Source: Macrostomum lignano
Lineage: Eukaryota
Assembly (NCBI GenBank): GCA_002269645.1
Contig: NIVC01000643.1
Location: 36,445 to 100,444, forward strand
DNA length: 64,000 nt
Direction: 5' to 3'
Program-made: the position numbers and the translations under genes
Part shown: piece by piece, positions 35,241-50,880 of the stretch
Layout of the letters: the number at the start of each line of letters is the position of its first letter
How positions within the stretch are numbered: the stretch's first letter is position 1
The notes under the pieces: generated by a model
Seen by the model: the letters and a program-made list of their open reading frames with translations, nothing else
What the model was told of the DNA's origin: nothing
Databases searched by the model: none

Positions 35241-35699
35241 GAATAGACAAGTCTGCAGCAGTTTAACTGTGGATGGCAAATCAAGACTCAAGAGTCAAGA
35301 CAATGTGGGATGGTTTGTAAAAATAGCGAAAAATAAATGAATAACAACTGATTACAATGCAATTCTACTAAATCAGTTAGTTACAGCATGAAGCTTTTAA
35401 CATTAAAATTCGCATAAGGTAACTTTAAAATTTAAATGGCTCCTAAGAAATGCGTATTCCCTTGGTTGTTAGACTGCTGCAGAGTGCAGACTTTAGTGGT
35501 AGAGCTGGAGATACACAAATTTCTCTCAAGGGCTCCAAATTGGCAAGAAAGATGACGTGATCAAAGCATGAGAATAACGATGAGAGTAGTACGTCCCACA
35601 AACTGGCTTTCGAAGCAGGGATCGGCAGACTTTTACTTCAAAAGCCAGATAAAGAATCCAGCTTATGTGCGGGCCAGATGAGAGTGGAAAGGAGAAGGA

Positions 35700-37265
<1,566 letters not shown>

Positions 37266-38261
37266 ATAGAAATTTTAAAGGATCCAAGGGACATAGGGAA
37301 AGTCAGGGAGAGGCCAGAGTTTGCCAATACATGTTTTAGAGTCAGACAGACATTGCCTGGCATTCTGTGGAGTACCCCAGCAAACAATATCAACGTTTGT
37401 CTCAATCTCAAACACTAATTTTACACGAATGTGTCCATTTTATGTCTACCTCTATCCTACTAACTATTAACAAGTTTTTGTTTGTGTATGACCTTAGATT
37501 TCAGAATACATGCAAAAGTAGTTCCGGGGATTGGAATTCCCCGGGTTCAAAATCCGCGGGTTTCAACAGCTTGTAAGTATATAGTTTAAAGTATAGTAGA
37601 GGTCGAAGCACTTCACCTGTTGTATTATTATATATGCGGTAAATTATGGGTTATCCAGTGAATTCGCTTTTCAATTGCCTGTGGCCACCCATTTTCACGC
37701 TTTACTCATTTAGGAACCGAGGCTAAATGAGGAGGTGGGAGTTATTTTCATTAGGGTGACAGGTTGGCCAGTCACCCGAGATGGACACGGGAGATAAATT
37801 GAGAATTGAGAACTGAAACTCGAAAGTGTCATGCCTGAGGATGGGCCAGATTTCACCTAGCAATGACCTCCCGGTTATATGGGACTCAAATTCAATGGAT
37901 TTTACCTGTGTATAGGGATAGGAATAATTAGGCACCTCGGACACCTACGTGAGGGATGAGGGGGAAGTGGTGAAGCGGGGTTCGGCTCCGCCCCCGACCC
38001 CCAGCATGGCAACCAAAGGCTGCATTCATTCAGCAACCCCTATATGAAATTATTCTAAAGATTTTAATCGCCTGGGTCCACTCTGCACCGCTGCATTGAG
38101 AAACGTGTGAAGGTTTTAGCGGCTCATTTAAAAAAACTTGGTTGCCGCAGTGACCGGTAATAAAGGTAAATATTGAACTTATATGACTGACGTGCTAAGC
38201 AAATATTGGAATTTAATATTATTAAAAGATTTTGCAAAATTCCTTTCAATACAAAGTTTAC

Positions 38262-39492
38262 TCTGAAGCACTCCCAATATCCCTAAAGCACTCCCAGTAT
38301 CCCGAAGCACTCCCAATACTCCTGAAACATTCCAAATATCCCTGAAGCACTCCCAGTATCCCGAAGCACTCCCAATACTCTTGAAACATCCCAAATATCC
38401 CTGAAGCACTCCCAGTATCCCCGAAGCACTCCCGATACTCCTGAAACATTCCAAATATCCCTGAAGCACTCCCAGTATCCCCGAAGCACTCCCGATACTC
38501 CTGAAACATTCCAAATATCCCTGAAGCACTCCCAGTATCCCCGAAGCACTCCCGATACTCCTGAAACATCCCAAATATCCCTGAAGCACTCCCAGTATCC
38601 CCGAAGCACTCCCGATACTCCTGAAACATCCCAAATATCCCTGAAGCACTCCCAGTATCCCGAAGCACTCCCAATACTCCTGAAACATTCCAAATATCCC
38701 TGAAGCACTCCCAGTATCCCGAAGCACTCCCGATACTCCTGAAACATTCCAAATATCCCTGAAGCACTCCCAGTATCCCGAAGCACTCCCAATACTCTTG
38801 AAACATCCCAAATATCCCTGAAGCACTCCCAGTATCCCCGAAGCACTCCCGATACTCATGAAACATCCCAAATATCCCTGAAGCACTCCCAGTATCCCGA
38901 AGCACTCCCAGTATCCCGAAGCACTCCCAATACTCCTGAAACATTCCAAATATCCCTGAAGCACTCCCAGTATCCCCGAAGCACTCCCGATACTCCTGAA
39001 GCACTCCCAATACTCCTGAAGCACTCCCAATACTCCTGAAGCACTCCCAATACTCCTGAAGCACTCCCAATACTCCTGAAGCACTCCCGATACTCATGAA
39101 GCACTCCCAATACTCTTGAAGCACTCCCAATACTCCTGAAGCACTCCCAATACTCCTGAAGCACTCCCAATACTCCTGAAGCACTCCCAATACTCCTGAA
39201 GCACTCCCGATACTCATGAAGCACTCCCAATACTCTTGAAGCACTCCCAATACTCCTGAAGCACTCCCAATACTCCTGAAGCACTCCCAATACTCCTGAA
39301 GCACTCCCAATACTCCTGAAGCACTCCCGATACTCATGAAGCACTCCCAATACTCTTGAAGCACTCCCAATACTCCTGAAGCACTCCCAATACTCCTGAA
39401 GCACTCCCAATACTCCTGAAGCACTCCCAATACTCCTGAAGCACTCCCGATACTCCCGAAGCACTCCCAATATTCCTGAAGCACTCCCAATA
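38262..39492. repeat. 20-bp minisatellite (ctgaagcactcccaatactc) with higher-order structure
   Basis: The left part repeats as ~60-61-bp trimers of diverged monomers; the right part is monomeric, with variants recurring every 120 bp. Confidence 0.93.
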
Positions 39493-40117
39493 TACCCACG
39501 AAGCCTCCTATAGCAGCACCTACAGCCTTTTAACTTTCTACGGCCTTTTCACAATAGAAAATTCAAATTGATTGACCAAAATATGCAAAGTTATAATATG
39601 ATGGAGCCTGAATCCTAATTGAACCCCCTTACCGTCCCTTATCTAGCTTCAAGATCTGTCAGTGCAGTTATTCGAAACGGTAGGCGGTGTTAATTCCCCA
39701 TCCATTACCTCTCCATCGCACTGCAGGTGACGCAACTTGGTATTCGAAAATACCAATGGAGACTCATTACCATGAATTGAAAACTTGCCCACCCAAAAAA
39801 ACTTTGAATACCAAAGTGCAGGTGCTAATGGGCCGCCCGTCATCTCCAATACCGTATTAAGGTTTGTTCGCGAAAAACAACAAAAGGTAATTCACCTGCA
39901 TAAGCTGCAGTTTTATATTGGTATTAATTGCCTGGACATTTCCTAATGAAATTTAGCCCGCGGGACAAAGCTAGCGAGACCTTCTGAACTAATGGAGAAG
40001 GTCTCAGCTCAGGCAGGTGCAAATTGAGCGGATTATCTCAGGTATTATGCGGGCTAATAAAGCACACCTTAACAACCAAATAAGTACCGTAACTCATTTT
40101 CACACAGGTATCGCTGA

Positions 40118-40905
40118 CTCTCGTGGGTTCCTCTGTCTGTCTCATCTCTGACTCTCATGGGATCTTCTGTCTGCCTCATCTCTGACCCTCATGGGTTCCT
40201 CTGTCTGTCTCATCTCTGACTCTCATGGGTTCCTCTGTCTGTCTCATCTCTGACTCTCATGGGTTCCTCTGTCTGTCTCATCTCTGACTCTCATGGGTTC
40301 CTCTGTCTGTCTCATCTCTGACTCTCATGGGTTCCTCTGTCTGTCTCATCTCTGACTTTCCTGGGTTCCTCTGTCTGCCTCATCTCTGACTCTCATGGGT
40401 TCCTCTGTCTGTCTCATCTCTGACTCTCATGGGTTCCTCTGTCTGCCTCATCTCTGACTCTCATGGGTTCCTCTGTCTGTCTCATCTCTGACTCTCATGG
40501 GTTCCTCTGTCTGCCTCATCTCTGACTCTCATGGGATCTTCTGTCTGCCTCATCTCTGACTCTCCTGGGTTCCTCTGTCTGCCTCATCTCTGACTCTCAT
40601 GGGATCCTCTGCCTGTCTCATATCTGACTCTCATGGGTTCCTCTGTCTGTCTCATCTCTGACTCTCATGGGTTCCTCTGTCTGCCTCATCTCTGACTCTC
40701 ATGGGTTCCTCTGTCTGTCTCATCTCTGACTCTCATGGGTTCCTCTGTCTGCCTCATCTCTGACTCTCATGGGTTCCTCTGTCTGTCTCATCTCTGACTC
40801 TCATGGGTTCCTCTGTCTGCCTCATCTCTGACTCTCATGGGATCTTCTGTCTGCCTCATCTCTGACTCTCATGGGTTCCTCTGTCTGTCTCATCTCTGAC
40901 TCTCG
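40118..40905. repeat. 34-bp minisatellite (tctgactctcatgggttcctctgtctgtctcatc)
   Basis: About 23 tandem copies. Confidence 0.93.
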
Positions 40906-41534
40906 TGCTTTCTCAGTGTCATCTTTCATCTTTCAACCTGTCGCATCTTTGACTCTCAATAGCATACGAGTCTCAGCTGCTGACTCTCACTGCTTCCTCC
41001 ATGCAGTCTCAATCAATCTCTCTTTAGCCGCACAACCTGCTAAAGTAATCTTCGCCATGAAGCATCCGTGACCCTCGATAAGTGCAGTTTTGCAAGGAAG
41101 AAAATCCCAGCACGTAATTATGCAAAACACAAATCTATGCATACATTCGTACACGAAGCGGAACCCCCAGTCCGCAGTTAATTGCAGTTGAATTTCGAGT
41201 TTCGTTCCACACGAACTCCCTGCAGCTAAACAAAGTTATTAAACTTCACAAGGGCTCGTTGCGCGAAAAGGAAGGAATTAAAATGCATATCATGCTAAGT
41301 TTGCGTTTGTCAAGAACGGCGTCTCCTGATCTATTAAGTCAGTTATCAAGCAGAACCCAAGGACTGTGGCTTTCAAATGCTGACTTTCCACATGCAGTCG
41401 TCAGCTGACTCGCTCAGCCGTTCATCTCGATGCTAATTTTACACCAGGTTTTTATCGATTTTTTTATGGCACTTGAATAAAAAACACTGCTGATAACTGA
41501 CGGCTCACTTTACACAGTTAGCACACAGTCTCTT

Positions 41535-42255
41535 AGCTGCCTCCATCTATACACCTGCCCGCCTCCATCTACACCTGCCAGTCTCCATCTACCCCTGCCC
41601 GCCTCCATCTACACCTGCCAGTCTCCATCTACCCCTGCCCGTCTCCATCTACCCCTGCCAGTCTCCATCTACCCCTGCCCGTCTCCATCTACCCCTGCCC
41701 GTCTCCATCTACCCCTGCCCGTCTCCATCTACCCCTGCCAGTCTCCATCTACCCCTGCCAGTCTCCATCTACACCTGCCAGTCTCCATCTACCCCTGCCA
41801 GTCTCCATCTACCCCTGCCCGTCTCCATCTACCCCTGCCAGTCTCCATCTACACCTGCCCGCCTCCATCTACACCTGCCCGCCTCTATCTACACCTGCCC
41901 GCCTCTATCTACACCTGCCCGCCTCTATCTACCCCTGCCCGCCTCTATCTACACCTGCCCGCCTCCATCTACACCTGCCCGCCTCCATCTACCCCTGCCC
42001 GCCTCCATCTACCCCTGCCCGTCTCCATCTACCCCTGCCCGCCTCCATCTACCCCTGCCCGTCTCCATCTACCCTATGCCAGCTCTATCTACCCAATGCC
42101 CACTGCTATCTACCCAATGCCCACTCTATCTACCAAATGCCCACTGCTATCTACCCAATGCCCACTCTATCTACCAAATGCCCACTCTATCTACCCAATG
42201 CCCACTCTATCTACCAAATGCCCACTCTATCTACCCAATGCCCACTCTATCTACC
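41535..42255. repeat. 20-bp minisatellite whose unit changes along the array
   Basis: gtctccatctacccctgccc (41535-42075) grades into atgcccactctatctaccca (42076-42255). Confidence 0.9.
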
Positions 42256-42660
42256 CTTCTACCTCTGTTTACTCAGGCCCACTATTTAACACAATAAGCT
42301 ATCATCAGCGCCCCAGCCAGCCAGAAGTCCGGCATCAACCATTAAAATGGAAAGGAGCAGCTCTCAAGACAATTCTCAAGCCAGCTTGCTCAGAATTTAT
42401 TGGCCAGTTAATTAATATGCACAAGTAGATATAGTTGTAACGCATGAGGTGCAGCGCCACAATAGCCTGAGCCCTATTTTGTGGGGTCAGAGCTCGGTGA
42501 GCGCGCCTGGCATTATCGACACGAAATTATGGAAACCCCAAAAAATCACAAAAGTGGAGAAACCAACAGTCTGTTGGGCCAATTTCGCTTCCATTGTGGA
42601 GCATGAAGGCTAGAAGTCTGGATTGGAAACTAACTGGATGAGACTGGCCCGAACCAGGGA

Positions 42661-42962
42661 TCATGTTGCTGACTCAGCGCTCATTCTGGTCATTCAGGGA
42701 TCATGTTGGTGACTCAGTGCTCATTCTGGTGACTCAGTGCTCATTCTGGTGACTCAGTGCTCATTCTGGTGACTCAGTGCTCATTCTGGTGACTCAGTGC
42801 TCATTCTGGTGACTCAGTGCTCATTCTGGTGACTCAGTGCTCATTCTGGTGACTCAGTGCTCATTCTGGTGACTCAGTGCTCATTCTGGTGACTCAGTGC
42901 TCATTCTGGTGACTCAGTGCTCATTCTGGTGACTCAGTGCTCATTCTGGTGACTCAGTGCTC
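42661..42962. repeat. 20-bp minisatellite (tcattctggtgactcagtgc) with TGACTCA in each unit
   Basis: Nearly perfect tandem copies; 14 TGACTCA heptamers. Confidence 0.93.
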
Positions 42963-43464
42963 ACCCCAAGGCTGCACCTCACTGACGCACCTCAAGGCTT
43001 GTACTTATGAGGATTCTGAAGTTGCCCCGCCAGATGCTCTGTCTAGAGCTCCGCGGGCTAAACCGGTTCCAACACCGACAGCCTTCGCAGCCCAGCGGGA
43101 GGTCCATGTCTACTAATTCTTCATAAATTTTTACTCTCTAGCTGGCATTTTAGCGACTGGCTTTCAACTTTGCATTTCATCTGCGCTGCTGTTTCCCCAG
43201 GCTTGGAGTAGCCGTGTCTCAGTCTCGCTAATGAGCAGGTGTTGCAGCGTTTGCCTTGTCCGTCTGTCTGCTTTTGTCCGTCTTTTAGGCTCGGTATTTG
43301 CTGCCTGTGTGTATTTGAACTCGGACACAATGGCCGCGGGCTATGCAAGGTGATTAGGGAGTCACAGGAACCGAAATTGGTGAGGTTCTGTGCGTGCCTT
43401 GCTGCTTTGTGACACTTAGACTGGGCATTTGTTCTGTCAGCTGATGAGAGGTTCACCGCTTTAG

Positions 43465-43890
43465 AGATGGGAATTCCCTGCTGCAGATATGGGGAATTCC
43501 CTGCTGCAGATATGGGAATTCCCTGCTGCAGATATGGAGAATCCCCTGCTGTAGATATGGGGAATTCCCTGTTGTAGATATGGGGAATTCCATGCTGCAG
43601 ATATGGAGAGTTCACTAATGTAGATTTAGAGAATTCCATACTGTAGATATGGGGAATTCCCTGCTTTTGATATGGGGAATTCCCTACTGTAGATATGGGG
43701 AATTCCCTGCTTTTGATATGGGGAATTCCCTACTGTAGATATGGGGAATTCCCTACTGTAAATAAACTGAGGGGAATTGCCTGCTGTGGATTTAGAGAAT
43801 TCCCTACTATAGATATGGGGAATTCCCTGCTGCAGATATGGAGAACTCCCTTCTGCAGCTATTGATAATGCCCTATTACAGATATGGAGA
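43465..43890. repeat. 23-bp minisatellite (gggaattccctgctgcagatatg)
   Basis: Tandem degenerate copies; 10 perfect GGGAATTCCC palindromes. Confidence 0.9.
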
Positions 43891-44264
43891 ATTCGCAGAC
43901 ACACAGAGTGCATGTCAAAAATTGGATGGCAAATCCAAGGTACAGCACAAATGTCTCAAACAGTAATTACGGTAACAGTGTGAGCAGTGCTGGCTCCGCT
44001 AAATGCACTCGAAGTCCAGGCTGAGAAGTGCTCAATAAATCCAACGGAGAACGCATTAAAGGCAGTTCCCAGGCTCGGATTTGGTCTCAAGCCGGCCCTC
44101 CTGCTGCGGTCATTCGGCCAAGAGCCTCTCAGGGCTTGGAAGGCTGGCGAAGTGGCGGACCACCCAGTGCCGCGTGCGTCTGATGACAAGCTGTCAATCT
44201 GATAGCTCGCGTAGCATATTTTGAATTTGACCCCTTGACGAATTGGCCTGGCATTTTGAGGTTA

Positions 44265-45262
44265 CTTTTGGCGCCACTGAGGTGTCTTTTGGCACCTCGA
44301 GGTGTTCTTTTGGCGCCACTTAGGACTCCTATTAGTGCCACTGAGGTGTCCTTTTGGCGCTACTGAGGTCTGAGGTGTCCTACTAGCACCACCTGAGGTG
44401 TACTTTCAAGCGCCACTGAGGTGTCTTTTAAGCGCCACTGAGGTATCTTTCAAGCGCCACTGAGGTGTCCTTAAAGCGCCACTGAGTTGTCTTTCAAGCG
44501 CCACTGAGGTGTCTTTTAAGCGCCACTGAGTTGCCTTTTAAGCGCCACTGAGGTGTACTTTTAAGCGCCACTGAGGTGTACTTTTAAGCGCCACTGAGGT
44601 GTCTTTGAAGCGCCACTGAGGTGTCTTTTAAACGCCACTGAGGTGTACTTTTAAGCGCCACTGAAGTGTACTTTTGAGCGCCACTGAGGTGTCTTTTGAA
44701 GCGCCACTGAGGTGTCTTTTGAAGCGCCACTTAGGTGTCTTTCAAGCGCCCCTGAGGTGTCTTTTGAAGCGCCACTGAGGTGTCTTTTGAAGCGCCACTG
44801 AGGTGTCTTTAAAGCGCCACTGAGGTGTCTTTTGAAGCGCCACTGAGGTGTCTTTTAAAGCGCCACTGAGGTGTCTTTAAAGCGCCACTGAGGTGTCTTT
44901 CAAGCGCCACTGAGGTGTCTTTTGAAGCGCCACTGAGTTGTCTTTTGAAGCGCCACTGAGGTGTCTTTCAAGCGCCACTGAGGTGTCTTTTGAAGCGCCA
45001 CTGAGGTGTCTTTTGAAGCGCCACTGAGGTGTCTTTTAAAGCGCCACTGAGGTGTCTTTTAAAGCGCCACTGAGGTGTCTTTAAAGCGCCACTGAGGTGT
45101 CTTTAAAGCGCCACTGAGGTGTCTTTTAAAGCGCCACTGAGGTGTCTTTAAAGCGCCACTGAGGTGTCTTTTGAAGCGCCACTGAGGTGTCTTTAAAGCG
45201 CCACTGAGGTGTCTTTAAAGCGCCACTGAGGTGTACTTTTAAGCGCCACTGAGGTGTACTTT
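44265..45262. repeat. 22-23-bp minisatellite (gcgccactgaggtgtctttaaa)
   Basis: About 43 tandem copies. Confidence 0.93.
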
Positions 45263-46017
45263 ACTCAGTATCCAAGATTGCTTCATTGTTAGGATTAAAG
45301 TTTTTTTGCTACAGAGATTACAGTCACGCTATAGTGCTTGCATAGTTAGTGGCAGCTATGAAATATGAGAATGAAATGAAAATGCCTGCATGCGTTTGAG
45401 GCCGCATCCATAGAGATCCAGAACTAGAACCTTGTTCGAGAACCTTGGAACTTGGCTACTACTTCCTTTGCCGCATCACTACGAAAACAATTATTTACTG
45501 AAGAAAACATACAGCTAGAGACCAGCAACCCCAGTTCCCGTTCCTCAGCTGCGCCTCATTTTGAGTCATTTGGAATAGCTCAAAAACTTTGGCCGATTTT
45601 CATTTTCTGTGGAAGCCTGACACTGCTTGGCATTCATCACTCTCATTCTAATTGATTGACAGGTGGCGGGTTGAGAGAGGCGAAGCGAGGAGAGAGAGAG
45701 AGAGAGAGAGAGGCCTGCGGACCCGTGAAGGAGCCTGTTCTGCAGCCTGGCCACTCATTGCAGAACTGCAATTAAGCATGCTGCAGGCCTCCTGTGCATC
45801 TGTGCATTCAACTGCTGTTGCAATACCTTTTTGTCCATCATGTCTAATTGGTGTCTGGTGGTGGCCAAGATGAGCTTTCATCATTGAGCCCGAGCTCTGA
45901 CATTGCTTGCAGCTGCAGCAATTAATTAGGCAGTTTAAGTGGTCTGGAGGGGCCACCTCACCCAGTGTGCTCTGCTGACTCAGCCTGCTCATGTAGCTTA
46001 AATTGCTTGGCATAAAT

Positions 46018-46843
<826 letters not shown>

Positions 46844-48694
46844 CAGATAGACACAAAGCCGCAGTGAAAGTGACCCAGGCTGCCACTTGTCAGAGGTGCC
46901 AAATTGACTGCCCAGCGGGCGGTTTCCAATTAGGCGAGTATTTAAAAAAATCAGTGATCGGAGCGAAGTGGGAGGCGAGGCCTCAGCTGATAATTGCCCC
47001 GGCTTCCCCTTGGCCGGCACTTCACAATGCCTGACTTTGCTCGCCGCTAAGCACGCAGACCATTGGGGCGCAACATTAAGGAAGTCGCTCCGGACGCCAG
47101 TGGAGCTTGCAGCCTCCCGCGGCGATCCTGGGAGCTTCTTGAACAGCTCAGAGACACCCCGCTGTGACTTGCCGCCGAAGGCTGAAGCCAAGCGCGAGAA
47201 TGGGGATTTAGTTTTCTTTGAAGATCCCATTTCGATTCGACTCCCAACAATGGCCCTCTGCTTTTCCTGCAAAGTCGCTCCTCCCACCGTCCCTGCGGGG
47301 AGCTCCGACTTCGTTCGGATTTGGGGTCAGTTGGCGGACCCCCGCCTGTGACACAATCTGGCGGCTTCCTCTCTGGATGGCACCTACGGTTTTTCTTCCA
47401 GTTGTTGAAAATCTGCTCTATAAAGTTTGCCATCGATACATATCGGGAGAATAACTTCAACGCTATCTAATGTAGATGGAGACAATAAAATTTAGAACTG
47501 CGGGTCGAATTTATTCTGCAAAATAATTTTATTTGAAGATTTTATGAAACATGAGGTTTGATGTTTTTAAAAGTTGACGATGCCTACTACTTGAGTAGTC
47601 TGCTAAGCATGTATGAACCAGAGATGTATTTGCTTGTCAACGTGGCTTTGTGAGTATGTCTTTGTGTCGAAAAGTTGGTTTCATCCGTAAATCCAATTTG
47701 CCTTATATATCGGCAACGCCATCACTAACAACTTTTCTCTATTTAAAAGCCACTGCGAAGAAATCATGCTTCAATATTTAAAAAAGATTTTACACCTGAA
47801 CTGCAATTAATCCTACTGCAAGTAGCATGATGCATTGAAAAGTTAAACTAAAAGTAAGAGAAGATTTCAGTAATTGTTTTTGCACTTGACTCACACTGAA
47901 TTTCAGCCTCAACTGACACGGATAGGTCGATTGTGCAAGACTTAAAATGCTAAGCTTGTAGATTAAAAGCAAATTCATATCAAATTTGAAATAGGATCTT
48001 TCAAGCATTAAGATACGAGTCGTACACTTCAAATGTTTTGAACATTATCTAGGCTCCCAGTATGCTCAACTTAAAGCATCTAGGTTATATACGCTCGTAC
48101 GGGGCTTCACTTCTACAGAAAAATGGGTCCTTCATGAATTTTTTTCCTTAAAAATGTATTCTAACTGGTTGTTCCATTTGAAATTTAGAATCCCGCAGAT
48201 TTTTTACACCCTAAGAAAACGAAGTCTTCAATTCTGGTCTACAATACTTTTTGTAGGACTGTGAACCTTGGCCTTCAACCAAATTAAGACGATGTAAGCA
48301 TCATTTCATTTATCGGGCTCTGGGACTGGTTGAAACCGTCCCGCATAACAAAATAAAGATAAATAACTCTGACCTGCAGTGGAAGGCATTCCGTGTCGGT
48401 ACTGTGGATTGGATTCTCAGAGTACTCTAAATATAGCTCGCACGTATATAATTCATTCGAGTCTGACAAGAGATTTCTGTTTGTTATTTTATTAGCTTTT
48501 GTTTCTCAGTCCAGTTGACTCAGCTTGCGATTAAAAACAGAAAACTGCTCAGAATTGGCACTGAGTCACTGCCAGTGCGTATTGAAAATAAGGAGAGGGT
48601 GCAAAACGGAGTCTTTGAAACATCGTAACATAAATTTGAATGTCGAGAAGAATTATGGTTCCATCTTTAAACACTGTTTACCGCTACTGAAAAC

Positions 48695-49172
48695 CCCAAG
48701 CAACCGCCCCAGCAACAGCCCCAGAAACCGCCCCAGCAACCACCACAGAAACCGCCCCAGCAACCGCCCCTGCAACCCCCCCAGCAACCGTCCCAGCAAC
48801 CGCCCCAGAAACCGCCACTGCAACCGCCCCAGCAACCAGTCTGCAACCGCCCCTGCAACCGTCCCAGCAACCGCCCCAGAAACCGCCCCAGCAACCGCCC
48901 CAACCCCTGCAACCGCCCCAGCAACCGTCCCAGCAACCGCCCCAGAAACCGCCCCAGCAACCGTCCCAGCAACCGCCCCAGAAACCGCCCCAGCAACCGC
49001 CCCAACCCCTGCAACCGCCCCTGCAACCGCCCCAGCAACCGTCCCAGCAACCGCCCCAGAAACCGCCCCAGCAACCGCCCCAACCCCTGCAACCGCCCCT
49101 GCAACCGCCCCTGCAACCGCCCCTGCAACCGCTCCTGCAACCGCCCCTGCAACCGCCCCTGCAACCGCTCCT
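48695..49172. repeat. 12-bp GC-rich minisatellite (gcaaccgcccca/t)
   Basis: Tandem 12-mers with 18-bp variants; reads as ATAP repeats in one frame. Confidence 0.9.
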
Positions 49173-49917
49173 GGACTGTCTGAGGTGAGTTTCGACAAGC
49201 AGTAAAAAGTACCAATTTTGTGTAGCCAGTAACCCCACAGAAACTTAGAGAGTATCATTTTTCAAGCAAAAGCTGTATGATAAAACGAGATAAAGAGTTT
49301 CAGACAAGAAATCAAGAATGCAAGAATGGAGTTATGATATTTCGGGTTTATGATGGGAAATGCTTTCGGAGTTGTAATTTTTCGGGTTTATGATGGCGAC
49401 CCCCTAGCTGTGACGATGCTGTCAGTCAAGACCGTTCTTTAAATTTCTCTTTCCCTTCACGATCTCATTTTGAAAGTGACTCCCTGATCCCCATCAGCAA
49501 ATATAATAAATAATTGAACGGAAATCCCCAGCTCTACGGGCGAGCCAGAAATGCAGTAAGTGTTTATATATCATCATCAATCGACCAAAGCTTTCTATCT
49601 TCCCAGGATTTATTTCCCATTTCCAATGATAGCCAACGATTTTTCATCCCAAAAAGACTGCTTGCCCGGAATTCAGGCCGCACCGGAGGTTTCGATTTCT
49701 CTCAGAGACTCTCGACCGAGTGCAGGGGAAGCAAATCTGGGATCCGGGATCAGGATGGCTTCTCGACCTCCGCCAGGCCTTGACACTGCTCAGCGCCTTC
49801 CTTCCCCTTCTCCCTTAGGAGTGACTCGCGACCACCCTGCCTGCCTGCTGCACCTCCTGAGTGCTCTGCGGCCTTGAGCTGCACTTTTGGATTCTCTCTG
49901 CTCTGCGCCTTAACGTT

Positions 49918-50108
49918 AGCTCTCCTCTCCTCCTCTCGTCTCCTCTCCTCTCCTCTCCTCTCCTCTCCTCTCCTCTCCTCTCCTCTCCTCTCCTCTCCTC
50001 TCCTCTCCTCTCCTCTCCTCTCCTCTCCTCTCCTCTCCTCCTCTCCTCTCCTCTCCTCTCCTCTCCTCTCCTCTCCTCTCCTCTCCTCTCCTCTCCTCTC
50101 CTCTCCTC
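49918..50108. repeat. (CTCTC)n pentanucleotide microsatellite
   Basis: Run of tcctc units. Confidence 0.95.
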
Positions 50109-50315
50109 TGAAAACTGAAAGGAGCTAAAAGTTTATCTATTTTCAAATCAGTTGAAATTTCTAACAACTTCATCTTGCGCACAGGAAATTAAAACAAAAG
50201 TTAGCTGACCTACAATTCACCTAAAAAGTGCAAATTGAACCCCCCCCCCAGTTGACAATCTGTTAGATCTAGTTCTTTTGCTGGCTGCTCAAACCTGCAG
50301 TGCAGAAGTTCACGT

Positions 50316-50316
<1 letters not shown>

Positions 50317-50352
<36 letters not shown>
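50317..50352. repeat. (CA)n microsatellite
   Basis: About 18 dinucleotide units. Confidence 0.9.
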
Positions 50353-50356
<4 letters not shown>

Positions 50357-50880
50357 ACGCACCGGGCACTTGTTGGTACGGTATACAATGGTGGGCACTT
50401 ATTTTGCAATTTTTTTTGACACACGAAAACACACACATACACACAGTGCAATGACCTATTAAGTATTTTTAGCATTTAAATGATGAAAAAAAGCATACAT
50501 TGAAATAAAAAAGCACGTCCCATACTAATAGTATGATCTATTGAAAGTGAAGTAATAGCGTAACATCGTGTACCTACGAGCTATATTGTCCTCAGTCCAG
50601 CGAATTCAGCATTACTTGAAATACAAAAAGCTTCGTTAAAGCCAATCCACATGAAGGAAAAACTAGTTACAAGCAGTCTATTTACCTTTACCTTTACTAA
50701 TACGCTATAATGCTGTACGGAATATGCCTGACTAATTTGAATAAAAAATTCAATTACACTTGCGCTTAGGAAAAAACCTAAAATTGACAGTGAAACTGAA
50801 AAACTGAAACGCAGAGATTAGTTAAGCAAATTAAAAAACAAATTCCGGTCGAGTGAGAAAACAGGAGTCTCGTTATTTAG

